Shown one piece after another: positions 48,133-58,229 of a stretch of DNA of 64,000 bases (positions are counted from its first letter, which is position 1; each line of letters begins with the position of its first letter). The position numbers were made by a program, and so were the translations under genes. This DNA is from Candidatus Krumholzibacteriia bacterium (GTDB lineage: Bacteria; Krumholzibacteriota; Krumholzibacteriia; LZORAL124-64-63), in NCBI GenBank assembly GCA_036351155.1, contig JAZBOO010000163.1, positions 1-64,000 of the forward strand, read 5' to 3'. Below the pieces are notes generated by a model, which saw nothing but the letters and a program-made list of their open reading frames with translations, was not told the origin of the DNA and did no database searches.

Positions 48133-49272
48133 ATGCTGCTGAATGAAAATCAGAAAATGATCCGCCAGATGGCCAGGGATTTTGCCAGCTCCAGGCTGGC
48201 ACCCATTGCCGCGGAAATCGACGAGTCGGCCATTTTTCCCGAGGCCACCGTCAAGGAGATGGGTGGGCTGGGCTTTCTGGGCCTGACCGTGCCGGAGCAG
48301 TACGGGGGAGTGGGCGCCGATATCACCAGTTACGCCCTCGTGGTCGAGGAGATCAGCCGGGCCTGTGGAAGCCATGGCCTGACCGTGGCGGCCCACAACA
48401 GCCTGGGTTGCTGGCCCATCGCCGCTCTGGGCACCGAGGAACAGAAACAGAAGTTCCTGCCGCCCGCGGCCGCCGGCCAGTCCTTGCTGTCCTTCGGGTT
48501 GACCGAGGCCGAGGCCGGCAGCGATGCCGGCGGGACCCGCACCACCGCCGTCCTGGATGGGGACCACTGGGTGCTGAACGGCAGCAAGATGTGGATCACC
48601 AACAGCCACTACGCCGGGGCCCTGATCATCACGGCCAAGACCGACCTGGCGGCCGAGGGCAGCCGTGGCATCAGCGCCTTCATCGTGCCCACCGACACGC
48701 CGGGATTCACGGTGGAAAAAAAGGAAGACAAGCTGGGCATGCGCGCCAGTGACACCGCCCCCTTGACCCTCGACAATGTGCGCGTGCCGGCCGAGTACCT
48801 GCTGGGTGAGCTGGGCGAGGGTTTCAAGTACTTCATGATGACCCTGGACGGCGGCCGCATCTCCATCGCCGCGGTGGCCCTGGGTCTGGCCGTGGGAGCC
48901 TATACCACCGCCCGTGATTACGCCAAGGAACGCCATCAATTCGGGCGTCCCATCGCCTCGTTCCAGGCCATCGAGTTCATGCTGGCCGACATGGCCACTC
49001 AGATCGAGGCCTCCCGCCAGCTGACCTACGAGGCCTGCCGCCTCAAGGATGCCGGCGAAGAGTACAGCCAGATGGCGGCCATGGCCAAGTTGCACGCCAG
49101 CGAAACGGCCATGTTCGTGACCGACCGGGCCATCCAGGTGCTGGGTGGATACGGCTACACCCGGGAGTATCCGGTCGAGCGCATGTACCGCGACGCCAAG
49201 CTGTGTACCATTGGGGAAGGGACCAGCGAAATTCAGCGCATGGTCATTGGCCGCCACGAATTGAAAGACTGA
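48133..49272 (+). CDS. Acyl-CoA dehydrogenase
   Basis: [32 protein letters not shown] and [10 protein letters not shown] motifs. Confidence 0.95.
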   Translation: MLLNENQKMIRQMARDFASSRLAPIAAEIDESAIFPEATVKEMGGLGFLGLTVPEQYGGVGADITSYALVVEEISRACGSHGLTVAAHNSLGCWPIAALGTEEQKQKFLPPAAAGQSLLSFGLTEAEAGSDAGGTRTTAVLDGDHWVLNGSKMWITNSHYAGALIITAKTDLAAEGSRGISAFIVPTDTPGFTVEKKEDKLGMRASDTAPLTLDNVRVPAEYLLGELGEGFKYFMMTLDGGRISIAAVALGLAVGAYTTARDYAKERHQFGRPIASFQAIEFMLADMATQIEASRQLTYEACRLKDAGEEYSQMAAMAKLHASETAMFVTDRAIQVLGGYGYTREYPVERMYRDAKLCTIGEGTSEIQRMVIGRHELKD

Positions 49273-49311
49273 TTGAAACCACCGATCATCGTCCGCAGAA
49301 AGGAACACATC

Positions 49312-50499
49312 GTGAGCAGGAAATCCGTCATTTGCGAAGCCGTCCGGACTCCCATCGGCACTTTCCAGGGAGGACTGGCCAAGGTCCGCGCCCCCGAGCT
49401 GGGCGCCAGGTGTGTGGCCGCCGTGATCGCCCGCAGCGGCCTCGATGTCGCGAAGGTTGATGAGGTCATCATGGGCAATGTGTGCCAGGCTGGATTGCAA
49501 CAGAATCCCGCCCGTCAGGCCGCCATCTTCGGGGGAATTCCCAGCAGCTGCAGCGCCATGACCATCAACAAGGTGTGTGGATCCGGCTTGAAGGCCGTGG
49601 CCCTGGCCGACCAGGCCATCCGCGCCGGCGACAAGGAGTGCATCATTGCCGGGGGCTTCGAGAACATGAGCCAGATTCCTTACGCCCTGCTGAAGGCCCG
49701 CGACGGTCTGCGTCTCGGGGATAGCCAGGTGACCGACCTGCTGGTGCACGATGGCCTGACCGACATCTACAACAATTTCCACATGGGCATGACCGCCGAG
49801 TGGGTGGTGGACAATCACAATGTGAGCCGCGAAGACCAGGATGCCTACGCGGCCCGCAGCCATCAGCGCGCCTGTGCGGCCTGGGACGCCGGAAAATTCG
49901 ATGCCGAGGTGATTCCCGTGGAAGTGCCTCAGCGCAAGGGCGATCCGGTGGTCGTGGCCCGCGATGAAGGCCCTCGCCCAGGCACCACCGCCGAGGGTCT
50001 GGCCAAGCTTCGCCCGGCTTTCAAGCGTGATGGGGGAACGGTGACCGCGGGCAACTCCTCGAGTATCAACGACGGCGCCGCGGCCCTGCTGATCTGCAGC
50101 GAAGAGTTTGCCCGGGCCAACGGCCTGAAAATCAGGGCCACCATCGAGGCGGCCGCCACCGGTGCCGTGGAGCCTCATGAGGTCATGATGGCCCCGGTCA
50201 CCAGCATCAAGAACCTGCTGGCCAAGACGGGCAAGTCCGTCAGCGACTACGGCCTGTTCGAATTGAACGAGGCTTTTGCCGCCCAGAGCGTGGGCGTGGT
50301 CCGGGCCCTGGAGCTGGACGAGGACAAGGTGAACGTCAACGGCGGCGGAGTCAGCCTGGGGCATCCCATCGGTTGCTCGGGAGCGCGCATCCTGGTCACG
50401 CTGTTGCACGCCATGGAAGATCGCGGCGTATCCGAGGGCATTGCCAGCTTGTGCCTGGGCGGCGGCGACGCCGTCAGCATGGCCATCTCACGTCCCTAG
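49312..50499 (+). CDS. Acetyl-CoA C-acetyltransferase (thiolase)
   Basis: [20 protein letters not shown] and CLGGG motifs. Confidence 0.96.
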   Translation: MSRKSVICEAVRTPIGTFQGGLAKVRAPELGARCVAAVIARSGLDVAKVDEVIMGNVCQAGLQQNPARQAAIFGGIPSSCSAMTINKVCGSGLKAVALADQAIRAGDKECIIAGGFENMSQIPYALLKARDGLRLGDSQVTDLLVHDGLTDIYNNFHMGMTAEWVVDNHNVSREDQDAYAARSHQRACAAWDAGKFDAEVIPVEVPQRKGDPVVVARDEGPRPGTTAEGLAKLRPAFKRDGGTVTAGNSSSINDGAAALLICSEEFARANGLKIRATIEAAATGAVEPHEVMMAPVTSIKNLLAKTGKSVSDYGLFELNEAFAAQSVGVVRALELDEDKVNVNGGGVSLGHPIGCSGARILVTLLHAMEDRGVSEGIASLCLGGGDAVSMAISRP

Positions 50500-50522
50500 T
50501 CTCCGGCTGGAAAGGAAGAAAC

Positions 50523-51365
50523 ATGAAAGTCTCAGTGATCGGCGGAGGAACCATGGGCAACGGCATTGCCCAGGTCTTTGCCCAGTTCGGCAACGATGTC
50601 CACTTGATCGACGTGCAGCAGGAGTACCTGGATCGGGCCATGGCGACCATCGAGAAGAATCTCGGGCGCATGGTCAGCAAGGAAAAAATCACCGCCGACG
50701 AGGCCAAGGCCACCCTGGGGCGGCTGACCCCGGCCACCGAGCTGAAGGCCGCGGCCGACAGCGATCTGGTGGTGGAGGCGGTGTTCGAGAACTTCGCGGT
50801 GAAGAAGGAAATCTTCACCCAGCTGGATGCGCTGTGCGGACCCGAGACCATCCTGGCCAGCAACACCAGCAGCATCAGCCTGACCAAGATTGCCGGGACC
50901 ACCGGCCGGGCTGATAAGGTCATCGGGATGCACTTCATGAATCCCGTGCCCATCATGAAGCTGGTCGAGGTCATCTGCGGCCAGGCCACCAGCCAGGAGA
51001 CCCTGGACAAGGTGACCCGGTGGTCCACGGACCTGGGCAAGGTGCCCGTCACGGTGCAGGACTACCCCGGCTTCATCAGCAACCGGGTGCTCATGCCCAT
51101 GATCAACGAAGCGGTGTACTGCCTCATGGAAGGTGTGGCCGACAAGGAGGCCATCGACACCGTCATGAAGCTGGGCATGGCCCATCCCATGGGGCCGCTG
51201 ACCCTGGCTGATTTCATCGGGCTGGACATCTGCCTGGACATCATGGAAGTGCTGTACGAGGGCTTCGGCGACAGCAAGTACCGTCCTTGCCCGTTGCTGC
51301 GCCGCATGGTCGACGCCGGCTTCCTGGGGCGCAAGAGCGGCAAGGGTTTTTACGACTACGCCTAA
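50523..51365 (+). CDS. hbd: 3-hydroxybutyryl-CoA dehydrogenase
   Basis: [23 protein letters not shown] and HPMGPL motifs. Confidence 0.94.
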   Translation: MKVSVIGGGTMGNGIAQVFAQFGNDVHLIDVQQEYLDRAMATIEKNLGRMVSKEKITADEAKATLGRLTPATELKAAADSDLVVEAVFENFAVKKEIFTQLDALCGPETILASNTSSISLTKIAGTTGRADKVIGMHFMNPVPIMKLVEVICGQATSQETLDKVTRWSTDLGKVPVTVQDYPGFISNRVLMPMINEAVYCLMEGVADKEAIDTVMKLGMAHPMGPLTLADFIGLDICLDIMEVLYEGFGDSKYRPCPLLRRMVDAGFLGRKSGKGFYDYA

Positions 51366-51383
51366 CCTGATCGATGCAAGGAG

Positions 51384-52532
51384 ATGAACGTGCAGTTTGA
51401 ATTTTCCGAACAACAGCGGATGATCAAGGAGGCGGCCGCCGGCTTTGCTGCCCGTGAAGTGGCCCCCATCGCGGCTCAGATCGACCAGGAAGAGCGCTTC
51501 CCGGCCGACGTGGTCAAGAAGATGGGGGAGCTGGGCTTCATGGGCATGAACGTGTCCGAGCAGTACGGCGGCGCCGGTCTGGACATGGTCTGTTATGCGG
51601 TGGCTCTGGAGGAGATCTGCAAGGCCTGCGCCTCCACCGGGGTGATCATGTCGGTGAACAACAGCCTGGTGTGCTGGCCCCTGGAGACCTACGGGAACGA
51701 GGAGCAGAAACAGAAGTGGCTGACCCCTCTGGCCCGCGGCGAAAAACTGGGGGCCTACTGCCTGAGTGAACCCGGCGCAGGAACCGACGCCGCGGCCCAG
51801 ACCACCACGGCCAGGCTGGACGGCGACCACTGGGTGATCAACGGAATGAAGAACTTCATCACCAATGGGGCCAACGCCGACATCCTGATCGTCTTTGCTC
51901 ACACCAATCCGGAGCTGAAGCACAAGGGGATTCGCGCCTTCATCGTCGAGACAACAGCCGAGGGGTTCTCGGTGATCCGCAAGGAAGACAAGATGGGCAT
52001 CCGGGCCTCGGACACCGCCCAGCTGGCCTTCGACAACGTGCGGGTGCCGACCGATCAGGTGCTGGGCGAAGAGGGCTCGGGGTTCAAGATTGCCATGAGC
52101 ACCCTGGACGGGGGGCGCATCGGCATCGCGGCCCAGGCTCTGGGAATTTCCGGGGCGGCCTACGAGGCGGCTCTGGCCTACAGCAAGCAGCGCGAGCAGT
52201 TCGGCAAGCCCATCTCGGCCTTCCAGGCCATCCAGTGGAAGATCGCCGACATGGCCACCCGGCTGCATGCGGCCCGTCTGCTGACCTACCGGGCGGCCTG
52301 GACGAAGGATCAGGGCTCTCGGTTCAGTGAAGAGGCGGCCATGGCCAAGCTTTTTGCCAGCGAAACCAGCCATTTCATCACCAACGAGGCGGTGCAGATC
52401 TTTGGCGGGAATGGATACAGCAAGGAATATCCGGTGGAACGCCATTTCCGCGATGCAAAGATCACCGAGATCTACGAAGGTACCAGCGAGGCGCAGCGCA
52501 TGGTAATCAGCAGCATGGAGCTGAAGAAGTGA
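51384..52532 (+). CDS. Acyl-CoA dehydrogenase (butyryl-CoA/short-chain type)
   Basis: LSEPGAGTD, KNFITNG and IYEGTSE motifs. Confidence 0.95.
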   Translation: MNVQFEFSEQQRMIKEAAAGFAAREVAPIAAQIDQEERFPADVVKKMGELGFMGMNVSEQYGGAGLDMVCYAVALEEICKACASTGVIMSVNNSLVCWPLETYGNEEQKQKWLTPLARGEKLGAYCLSEPGAGTDAAAQTTTARLDGDHWVINGMKNFITNGANADILIVFAHTNPELKHKGIRAFIVETTAEGFSVIRKEDKMGIRASDTAQLAFDNVRVPTDQVLGEEGSGFKIAMSTLDGGRIGIAAQALGISGAAYEAALAYSKQREQFGKPISAFQAIQWKIADMATRLHAARLLTYRAAWTKDQGSRFSEEAAMAKLFASETSHFITNEAVQIFGGNGYSKEYPVERHFRDAKITEIYEGTSEAQRMVISSMELKK

Positions 52533-52892
52533 AATGCCCTGAGCCAAATGATCGGTTGACGTCCGGGGCTTTTTGTACGAGATTGTCCATTATCAATCCC
52601 TGTGTTTACCCATCCCGTGGACAAAACCAGGACAGGTTGACCGTCGTTATCGAACGACGGATTTGGCTTGCCCCGGATTGAACGGGAACGGAGAACGCCC
52701 TGCGGGGTCGGGATTGCCCAATGTATGGTCCACCGCTGGATGACCAGCTGGTAGGTCATAAAGATTCCCTCGACAGTCGGGGGATGAGGATCGGCACCGC
52801 CGGTCCAGTTCAAAGCCCAAGGATTCTGCCGGAAGAAGCCGGCGAAGGAGAGGGCTTAGGTTAGCCGGACATCCGGCACTTGGAGTGAAGAA

Positions 52893-53204
52893 GTGAAGAA
52901 ATTGTATGTGGGCAACCTGCCCTTCAGCGCCACCGAAGATGAGATCACCGAACTGTTCGGTCAGCATGGCACGGTGCATTCTGTCGCCCTGATCAACGAC
53001 CGTGAGACCGGCCGCCCCCGTGGCTTCGGTTTCGTGGAAATCGATGACGAAGCTCTCCAGCCTGCGATCCAGGCCCTGGACGGCTACGAGATGGGTGGCC
53101 GCGCCCTGCGTGTCAACGAAGCCCAGGACCGCCCCCGTGGCGGCGGCGGCGGCGGTGGCGGCGGTGGCCGTGGTGGCTACGGTGGGGGCAACCGGGGTTG
53201 GTAA
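52893..53204 (+). CDS. RRM RNA-binding protein with Gly-rich tail
   Basis: RNP2 LYVGNL, RNP1 RGFGFV, GGG/RGG tail. Confidence 0.95.
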   Translation: MKKLYVGNLPFSATEDEITELFGQHGTVHSVALINDRETGRPRGFGFVEIDDEALQPAIQALDGYEMGGRALRVNEAQDRPRGGGGGGGGGGRGGYGGGNRGW

Positions 53205-53240
53205 AACCCCAGGTGACCACAACGCATAAGTAAAATGCCT

Positions 53241-53279
53241 GGACCCCGCTTCTTTCGGGAAGTGGGGTCTTGTTTTTTT
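53241..53279 (+). terminator. Intrinsic terminator after the RRM gene
   Basis: GACCCCGCTTC...GAAGTGGGGTC hairpin followed by a T run. Confidence 0.75.
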
Positions 53280-53300
53280 CCCAGCAGAGAGGATTGAGTT

Positions 53301-53615
53301 TTGGCGCGTTCGCATTTTTCCTTCGAGAAACGCCGCAAGGAACTGGACAAGAGAAAGAAAAAGGAAGCCAAGCTGGCTGCCAAGGCCGAGAAGAAGGCCC
53401 TCAGGGAAGCCGGCGTGGAAATTCCCGAGCCCGTCGTGGTGATTGACGAGTTTGGTAACGCGGTCGAAGTGCTTCCAGAAGTGGATGAAGAGGATGACGA
53501 CGAAGAAGACGATGACGACGACGAGGACCCGCATTCCCGGATGGGGTCCATCGAAAATTCAGGTTCGTCGTCCCTGACTGGTCATCTGTCCCTGACAGGT
53601 CTCATCCGTCCATGA
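53301..53615 (+). CDS. Small protein with basic N-terminus and acidic C-terminus
   Basis: GAGG RBS plus TTG start; FEKRRKELDKRKKKEAK, IDEFGN, poly-D/E tract. Confidence 0.65.
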   Translation: MARSHFSFEKRRKELDKRKKKEAKLAAKAEKKALREAGVEIPEPVVVIDEFGNAVEVLPEVDEEDDDEEDDDDDEDPHSRMGSIENSGSSSLTGHLSLTGLIRP

Positions 53616-54294
53616 CTTGCCGCACCACCAGTCCCGCCAGGGTCATCCCGAAACAGGCGGTCACGAAGACCGCCGATCCGTTGACGGTGCGGTCTGGCAC
53701 CAGCATCTGCTCCGGTGAGTAGACCACCTCGAAGTCTCCGCTGAAATCAGTCTCGCGCAGCTTCCGGCGAATGACCTTGGCCAGGGCGCAGCCCCCGGTT
53801 TGCCAGATGCTGCCGGTTCTGATCCTGGTGGGGTCCAGCTTGAAGGCCGCTCCCATGGAGGCGAAGATGGTGCAGCCGGCCTGATTGGCGCGCACCAGCA
53901 GATCCACCTTGCTGGGCACCGAGTCGATGCAATCCAGGACGAAGTCATATTCCTCCAGCCTGAAGCTCTCGGCGTTCTCGGGGCTGTAGAATTCCTGTCG
54001 CGTGGTGATCCGGCAATCGGGAGAAATCAGGGCCAGACGCTTGGCCAGCTCCGTGGTTTTCGGCTGCCCCACATTCTGGGCGTGGGTTTGGAGCTGCCGA
54101 TTGATGTTGGTGGGATCCACCTCATCGGCATCCACCAGCATGATCTCGCCCACCCCCGACCGCACCAGTCCCTCGGCGGCCCAGCTTCCCACTCCCCCCA
54201 GACCGAAAACCGCCACCCTGGACCTGGCCAGCTTGCGCAGGGCCACTGGCCCGGTCAGGATTTCCAGACGATGAAAAAACGAGGCGTGTTCCAA
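53602..54294 (-). CDS. tcdA: tRNA threonylcarbamoyladenosine dehydratase (ThiF family)
   Basis: GLGGVGSW, TNINRQ, DCIDS, SMGAAFKLDPT and VYSPE motifs. Confidence 0.88.
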   Translation of the reverse strand: MEHASFFHRLEILTGPVALRKLARSRVAVFGLGGVGSWAAEGLVRSGVGEIMLVDADEVDPTNINRQLQTHAQNVGQPKTTELAKRLALISPDCRITTRQEFYSPENAESFRLEEYDFVLDCIDSVPSKVDLLVRANQAGCTIFASMGAAFKLDPTRIRTGSIWQTGGCALAKVIRRKLRETDFSGDFEVVYSPEQMLVPDRTVNGSAVFVTACFGMTLAGLVVRQVMDG

Positions 54295-54441
54295 CCTTTT
54301 CTCCCGTGGGTTTGTGGGCGGGTTCAGGATAGCTCATGACCGGCCTCCAGCGCAAACCTGTGGTTTCCCCTGGCCGCAGATGATAGTCTGTTGCAGAAAA
54401 CTGCAACACCCGCTGGCCGACCGTTCCCCGAAGGAGTGCTC

Positions 54442-57399
54442 ATGATTTCCGTGTCCCGTGCCGTTCTGTTGATTGGCCTGGCACTGCTGCATATTGTGCC
54501 CGCCCAGGCCGGGCTGAACGATGGGGTGGTTCCTCTTTCCTGGACCGACCTTATGCCAGCGGCCCGTTTCGCCGAGGACATTCCTGACATCGCCACGGTG
54601 GCCGGTGTGGCCCTGGGAGAACGTCCCATCCGGCCCGATGAGGTTCTGGCCTACTATCAGGCCCTGGACCAGGCCTCTCCCTGCGCCCGCTTGATCGAGC
54701 TTGGGCGCACTCACGAGGACCGTCCTCTGGTCATGCTGGCCGTTTCCGATGCCGGGACCATTGCCCGGCTGGACGATTTCCAGAAGGAACACGCGCGGCG
54801 TCTGGACCCCCGACTCGATGGGGTGCCCACCGTGGAACAGCTCACCGGAACGAAGGCCGTGGCCTGGATGGCTTACGGCATTCATGGTGGTGAGCTGAGC
54901 AGCACCGATGCGGCGGTGGCGCTGGCTTACTGGCTGGTGGCCGGGACCGACGACCAGGCCCTCCAGATGCGGGACAGCCTCCTGGTGCTCATTGACCCCT
55001 GTGAAAATCCCGACGGCCGGAATCGTTACCTGACCCAGGTCATGAGCTTTGCTCACCGGCGTGCCAACCCCGATCAGGATGACCTCTCGCACCGGGCGGT
55101 GTGGCCCTGGGGACGGGGCAACCACTACCTGTTCGACCTGAATCGCGACTGGTTCAGCATGACCCAGCCGGAGAGTGAGCGTGCGCGCCTGATCGCCCGG
55201 TGGGTGCCCCAGATCCTGGTGGACAGCCACGAGATGGGGGCCAATGCCACCTACCTGTTCCCGCCGCCGCGCCACCCGTTCAACCCCCACCTGCCCGCCA
55301 ACACCAGCCAGTGGGAACTGACCTTCTCGGATGACCAGGCGGCGGCTCTGGATGAGAAGGGTTTTCCCTATTACAGCGGCGAATGGAACGAGGAGTTCTT
55401 TCCGGGTTACGGGTCCAGCTGGTCTTCGTACCATGGAACCATCGGCATTCTTTACGAGATGAGCCGCACCAGCGGCACCCTGGTTCAGAAGCGGGGGGGC
55501 ACCATGCGCACCTTTGCCGAGGCCATCACCCACCAGTTCACCTCCTCGGTGGCCAATCTGACCACCTTGGCCCAGCAGAAGGCCCAGATCCTGCATGACC
55601 AGGTGACGGCACGGCAGCAGGCCATCGACCTGGGGAAAAATGGCCAGCTGAAGGCCTGGGTGTTTGCTCCGGACCCTCGCCAGCCGGATCGCTTGCCGGC
55701 CATGGCCGTCAGATTGCAGGCCCAGGGGATCGAGGTGGAAAGCCTGCAGCAACCCACGAAGATCCGGCAGCTGGTGGACATGCGTACGGGTGAGGAGGCG
55801 GACCGGAATCTCCCCGTCGGGAGCATCCTGATCAGGGCGGCTCAGCCGTCGGGCTACCTGGCCCATGCCCTGCTCGATCCGCATGTGCCCATGAGCAGCA
55901 CCTTCCTGCAGGAGGAACGGGAGTATCTGGAAAAACGAAAGGGCAGTCGTCTTTACGAGACCACGGCCTGGTCCGTTCCCTTGTCCGTGGGGGTGCCGGC
56001 CTACTGGTCACCGCAAGAGCCCAAGGGGTCCTGGCGGCCCTTTGCCGAGGAGGGGCAAACTGTCGGGGCGGAAATCCCCGCCCAGTTCACCTACCTGATC
56101 CTCGACGGGGACCCGGATTTGGGGCCGCGCGTTCTGGCCGACTTGCTGCAGGGCGGTTTCAACGTGCAGGCGGCCACCAGAGATTTCAGCGTGGAGGGCC
56201 ACGATTTTCGGGCCGGGGCCATGGTTCTGCGGCGGGAGACGCTCACCCCGGTTTTGCTGGCTGAGCTGAACGGGATCGTCCAGAGGCACCGCGTGCACCT
56301 GGTGCCGATCCAGACCTCGCGCGCGACCACCGGGCCCGACCTGGGGGGCACGCATTTCGACGTTCTGGTGGCCCCGCGGGTGGGTGTCCTGGCCGGGAGC
56401 CCGGTGTCCACCGGGACCTTCGGTGCTGTCTGGCACTACCTGGACCAGGAGCTGGATCTGCGATTCTCCAATATCGACATCAGCCGGGTGCGCGTCACCG
56501 ATCTGTCCCGCTACAACGTGCTCGTTTTCCCTCCTGTGCGCGGAGGCACAGGCATGTACCGCCAGACCATCGGTCCGACGGGCATGCAGAAGATCCGCGA
56601 CTGGGTCCAGGCCGGGGGGACGGCCATCGGGCTCGAGGGCGGCGCGGCCATGCTGGCCGACCCGGAGACCGAATTGACCCAGGCCCGCTTCCGCAGTCAG
56701 GCCCTGGCCTTGCACCCCAGTCCGGTGTGGAGCATCTCGAGCCGTGAAGCCGAGGAGGCCGGCCAGGTGCAGGCCACCGGGCTGCGCGTGACCGGGGTGG
56801 TGCCGGAGGGAGAAGAAGCCTCCGTCGGGAGTCTCGACCACGGTCACCTGTATGATGTTTCTCCCCTCCTGGGGCCCGGTGCCTTGCCTTTCACCCAGGG
56901 AATCGCTCAGGGCACCGCGCTCGGCACCCGGCCTGTGCTCATGGCCGACTGGATCAAGCCCACCCTGGCCGCCGGGAAAGCGGCGCCCGATGAGGCGGAT
57001 CTGGCCGCCGTGGACGAGCGCCTGCGCCGATTCATGCCCCAGGGGGCCATGTTGCGGGTCGATCTGGACCCCGAATTGTTTCTGGGGTACGGCCTGGACG
57101 AGGACATCACCGTCTGGTTCGGGGGAGACGACACCCTGGTGGCCGGTGATCCGGTCCAGGTGGGGGGACGTTTCGCGGAAATCGACCGCCTGCACCTGGC
57201 GGGCTTGCTGTGGCCGGAGGCGGCCGCGCGCCTGGCCCACACGGCCTATCTCACGCGAGAAACGGTGGGTCGGGGACAGGTCATCCTGTTCGCTGCCAAT
57301 CCGCTTTTCCGGCGCTGGATGAAGGACTCCGAACGCATGTTTGGCAACGCGGTGCTGCTGGGGCCTGGACTGGGAACCCGGTGGTCGACACCCTGGTAG
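54442..57399 (+). CDS. Secreted M14 zinc carboxypeptidase-family protein
   Basis: Signal peptide; IHGGE, NPDG, DLNRDW and DSHE motifs; C-terminal GATase-like region. Confidence 0.88.
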   Translation: MISVSRAVLLIGLALLHIVPAQAGLNDGVVPLSWTDLMPAARFAEDIPDIATVAGVALGERPIRPDEVLAYYQALDQASPCARLIELGRTHEDRPLVMLAVSDAGTIARLDDFQKEHARRLDPRLDGVPTVEQLTGTKAVAWMAYGIHGGELSSTDAAVALAYWLVAGTDDQALQMRDSLLVLIDPCENPDGRNRYLTQVMSFAHRRANPDQDDLSHRAVWPWGRGNHYLFDLNRDWFSMTQPESERARLIARWVPQILVDSHEMGANATYLFPPPRHPFNPHLPANTSQWELTFSDDQAAALDEKGFPYYSGEWNEEFFPGYGSSWSSYHGTIGILYEMSRTSGTLVQKRGGTMRTFAEAITHQFTSSVANLTTLAQQKAQILHDQVTARQQAIDLGKNGQLKAWVFAPDPRQPDRLPAMAVRLQAQGIEVESLQQPTKIRQLVDMRTGEEADRNLPVGSILIRAAQPSGYLAHALLDPHVPMSSTFLQEEREYLEKRKGSRLYETTAWSVPLSVGVPAYWSPQEPKGSWRPFAEEGQTVGAEIPAQFTYLILDGDPDLGPRVLADLLQGGFNVQAATRDFSVEGHDFRAGAMVLRRETLTPVLLAELNGIVQRHRVHLVPIQTSRATTGPDLGGTHFDVLVAPRVGVLAGSPVSTGTFGAVWHYLDQELDLRFSNIDISRVRVTDLSRYNVLVFPPVRGGTGMYRQTIGPTGMQKIRDWVQAGGTAIGLEGGAAMLADPETELTQARFRSQALALHPSPVWSISSREAEEAGQVQATGLRVTGVVPEGEEASVGSLDHGHLYDVSPLLGPGALPFTQGIAQGTALGTRPVLMADWIKPTLAAGKAAPDEADLAAVDERLRRFMPQGAMLRVDLDPELFLGYGLDEDITVWFGGDDTLVAGDPVQVGGRFAEIDRLHLAGLLWPEAAARLAHTAYLTRETVGRGQVILFAANPLFRRWMKDSERMFGNAVLLGPGLGTRWSTPW

Positions 57400-57487
57400 T
57401 GGCGACAGCATCCAGGCGCTGATCCTGAGGGAGGCCCCGCCGGGGGCCTTCTTCTCGGTGGCTGTCCAACCGGTCACTTTCTTTCCA

Positions 57488-57516
57488 TTGCGAGCCAATT
57501 GATCCTCAATTAGCAT
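57488..57516 (+). promoter_or_regulatory. sodB promoter with a palindromic operator in the spacer
   Basis: TTGCGA-N17-TAGCAT; AATTGA-TCC-TCAATT at 57497-57511. Confidence 0.55.
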
Positions 57517-57578
57517 ATCTGGTAAGTTCGATCAAATGACGCGGGTTAGCCCGCTTTCTTTTCCCCTGGAGGTGCCCC

Positions 57579-58163
57579 ATGAAGCACGAATTACCTTCTC
57601 TTCCTTTTGCCAAGGATGCTCTGGAACCCCACATCTCGGCCGAGACCCTGGACTACCACTACGGCAAGCATCACAACGCCTACGTGACCAACCTGAACAA
57701 GCTGATCCCCGGCACCGAGTTCGAGAACATGTCCCTCGAGGACATTGTGCGGAAAGCTCCCGCCGGGGGCATTTTCAACAACGCGGCCCAGGTGTGGAAT
57801 CACACCTTCTACTTCAACGGGCTGAGCGGCAGTGGTGGTGGCGAGCCCACCGGAGCCCTGGCCGAGGCCATCAACAGTGCCTTCGGCAGCTTTGCGGACT
57901 TCAAGGAGAAGTTCTCCACTTCGGCGGCCACCAACTTCGGCAGCGGCTGGACCTGGCTGGTCAAGAATGCCGCCGGCAAGCTGGAAATCGTCAACACCAG
58001 CAACGCCGACAGCGCCCTGCGCAGCGACAACACTCCGGTGCTGACCATCGACGTGTGGGAGCATGCCTACTATGTGGACAAGCGCAACGCGCGGCCGGCC
58101 TACATCGAGGCCTGGTGGAACGTGGTGAACTGGGACAAGGCGGCCGAGAACTTCGGTGGCTAG
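57579..58163 (+). CDS. sodB: Superoxide dismutase [Fe]
   Basis: HYGKHH, FNNAAQVWNH (Fe-type AAQ), FGSGW and DVWEHAYY motifs. Confidence 0.96.
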   Translation: MKHELPSLPFAKDALEPHISAETLDYHYGKHHNAYVTNLNKLIPGTEFENMSLEDIVRKAPAGGIFNNAAQVWNHTFYFNGLSGSGGGEPTGALAEAINSAFGSFADFKEKFSTSAATNFGSGWTWLVKNAAGKLEIVNTSNADSALRSDNTPVLTIDVWEHAYYVDKRNARPAYIEAWWNVVNWDKAAENFGG

Positions 58164-58181
58164 GTTGCGAACCTGAGCAAC

Positions 58182-58215
58182 AAAAAGGCCGGCCCAGATG
58201 GGCCGGCCTTTTTTC
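58182..58215. terminator. Bidirectional intrinsic terminator
   Basis: AAAAAGGCCGGCCC-AGAT-GGGCCGGCCTTTTTT between convergent genes. Confidence 0.88.
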
Positions 58216-58229
58216 ATCCTCATCCGGCA

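Noticed and set aside
53139..53190. GGC/GGT microsatellite; also GAC/GAT repeats at about 53485-53525
   Set aside because: These simply encode the Gly-rich and Asp-rich protein tails; they are not independent repeats or a CRISPR array
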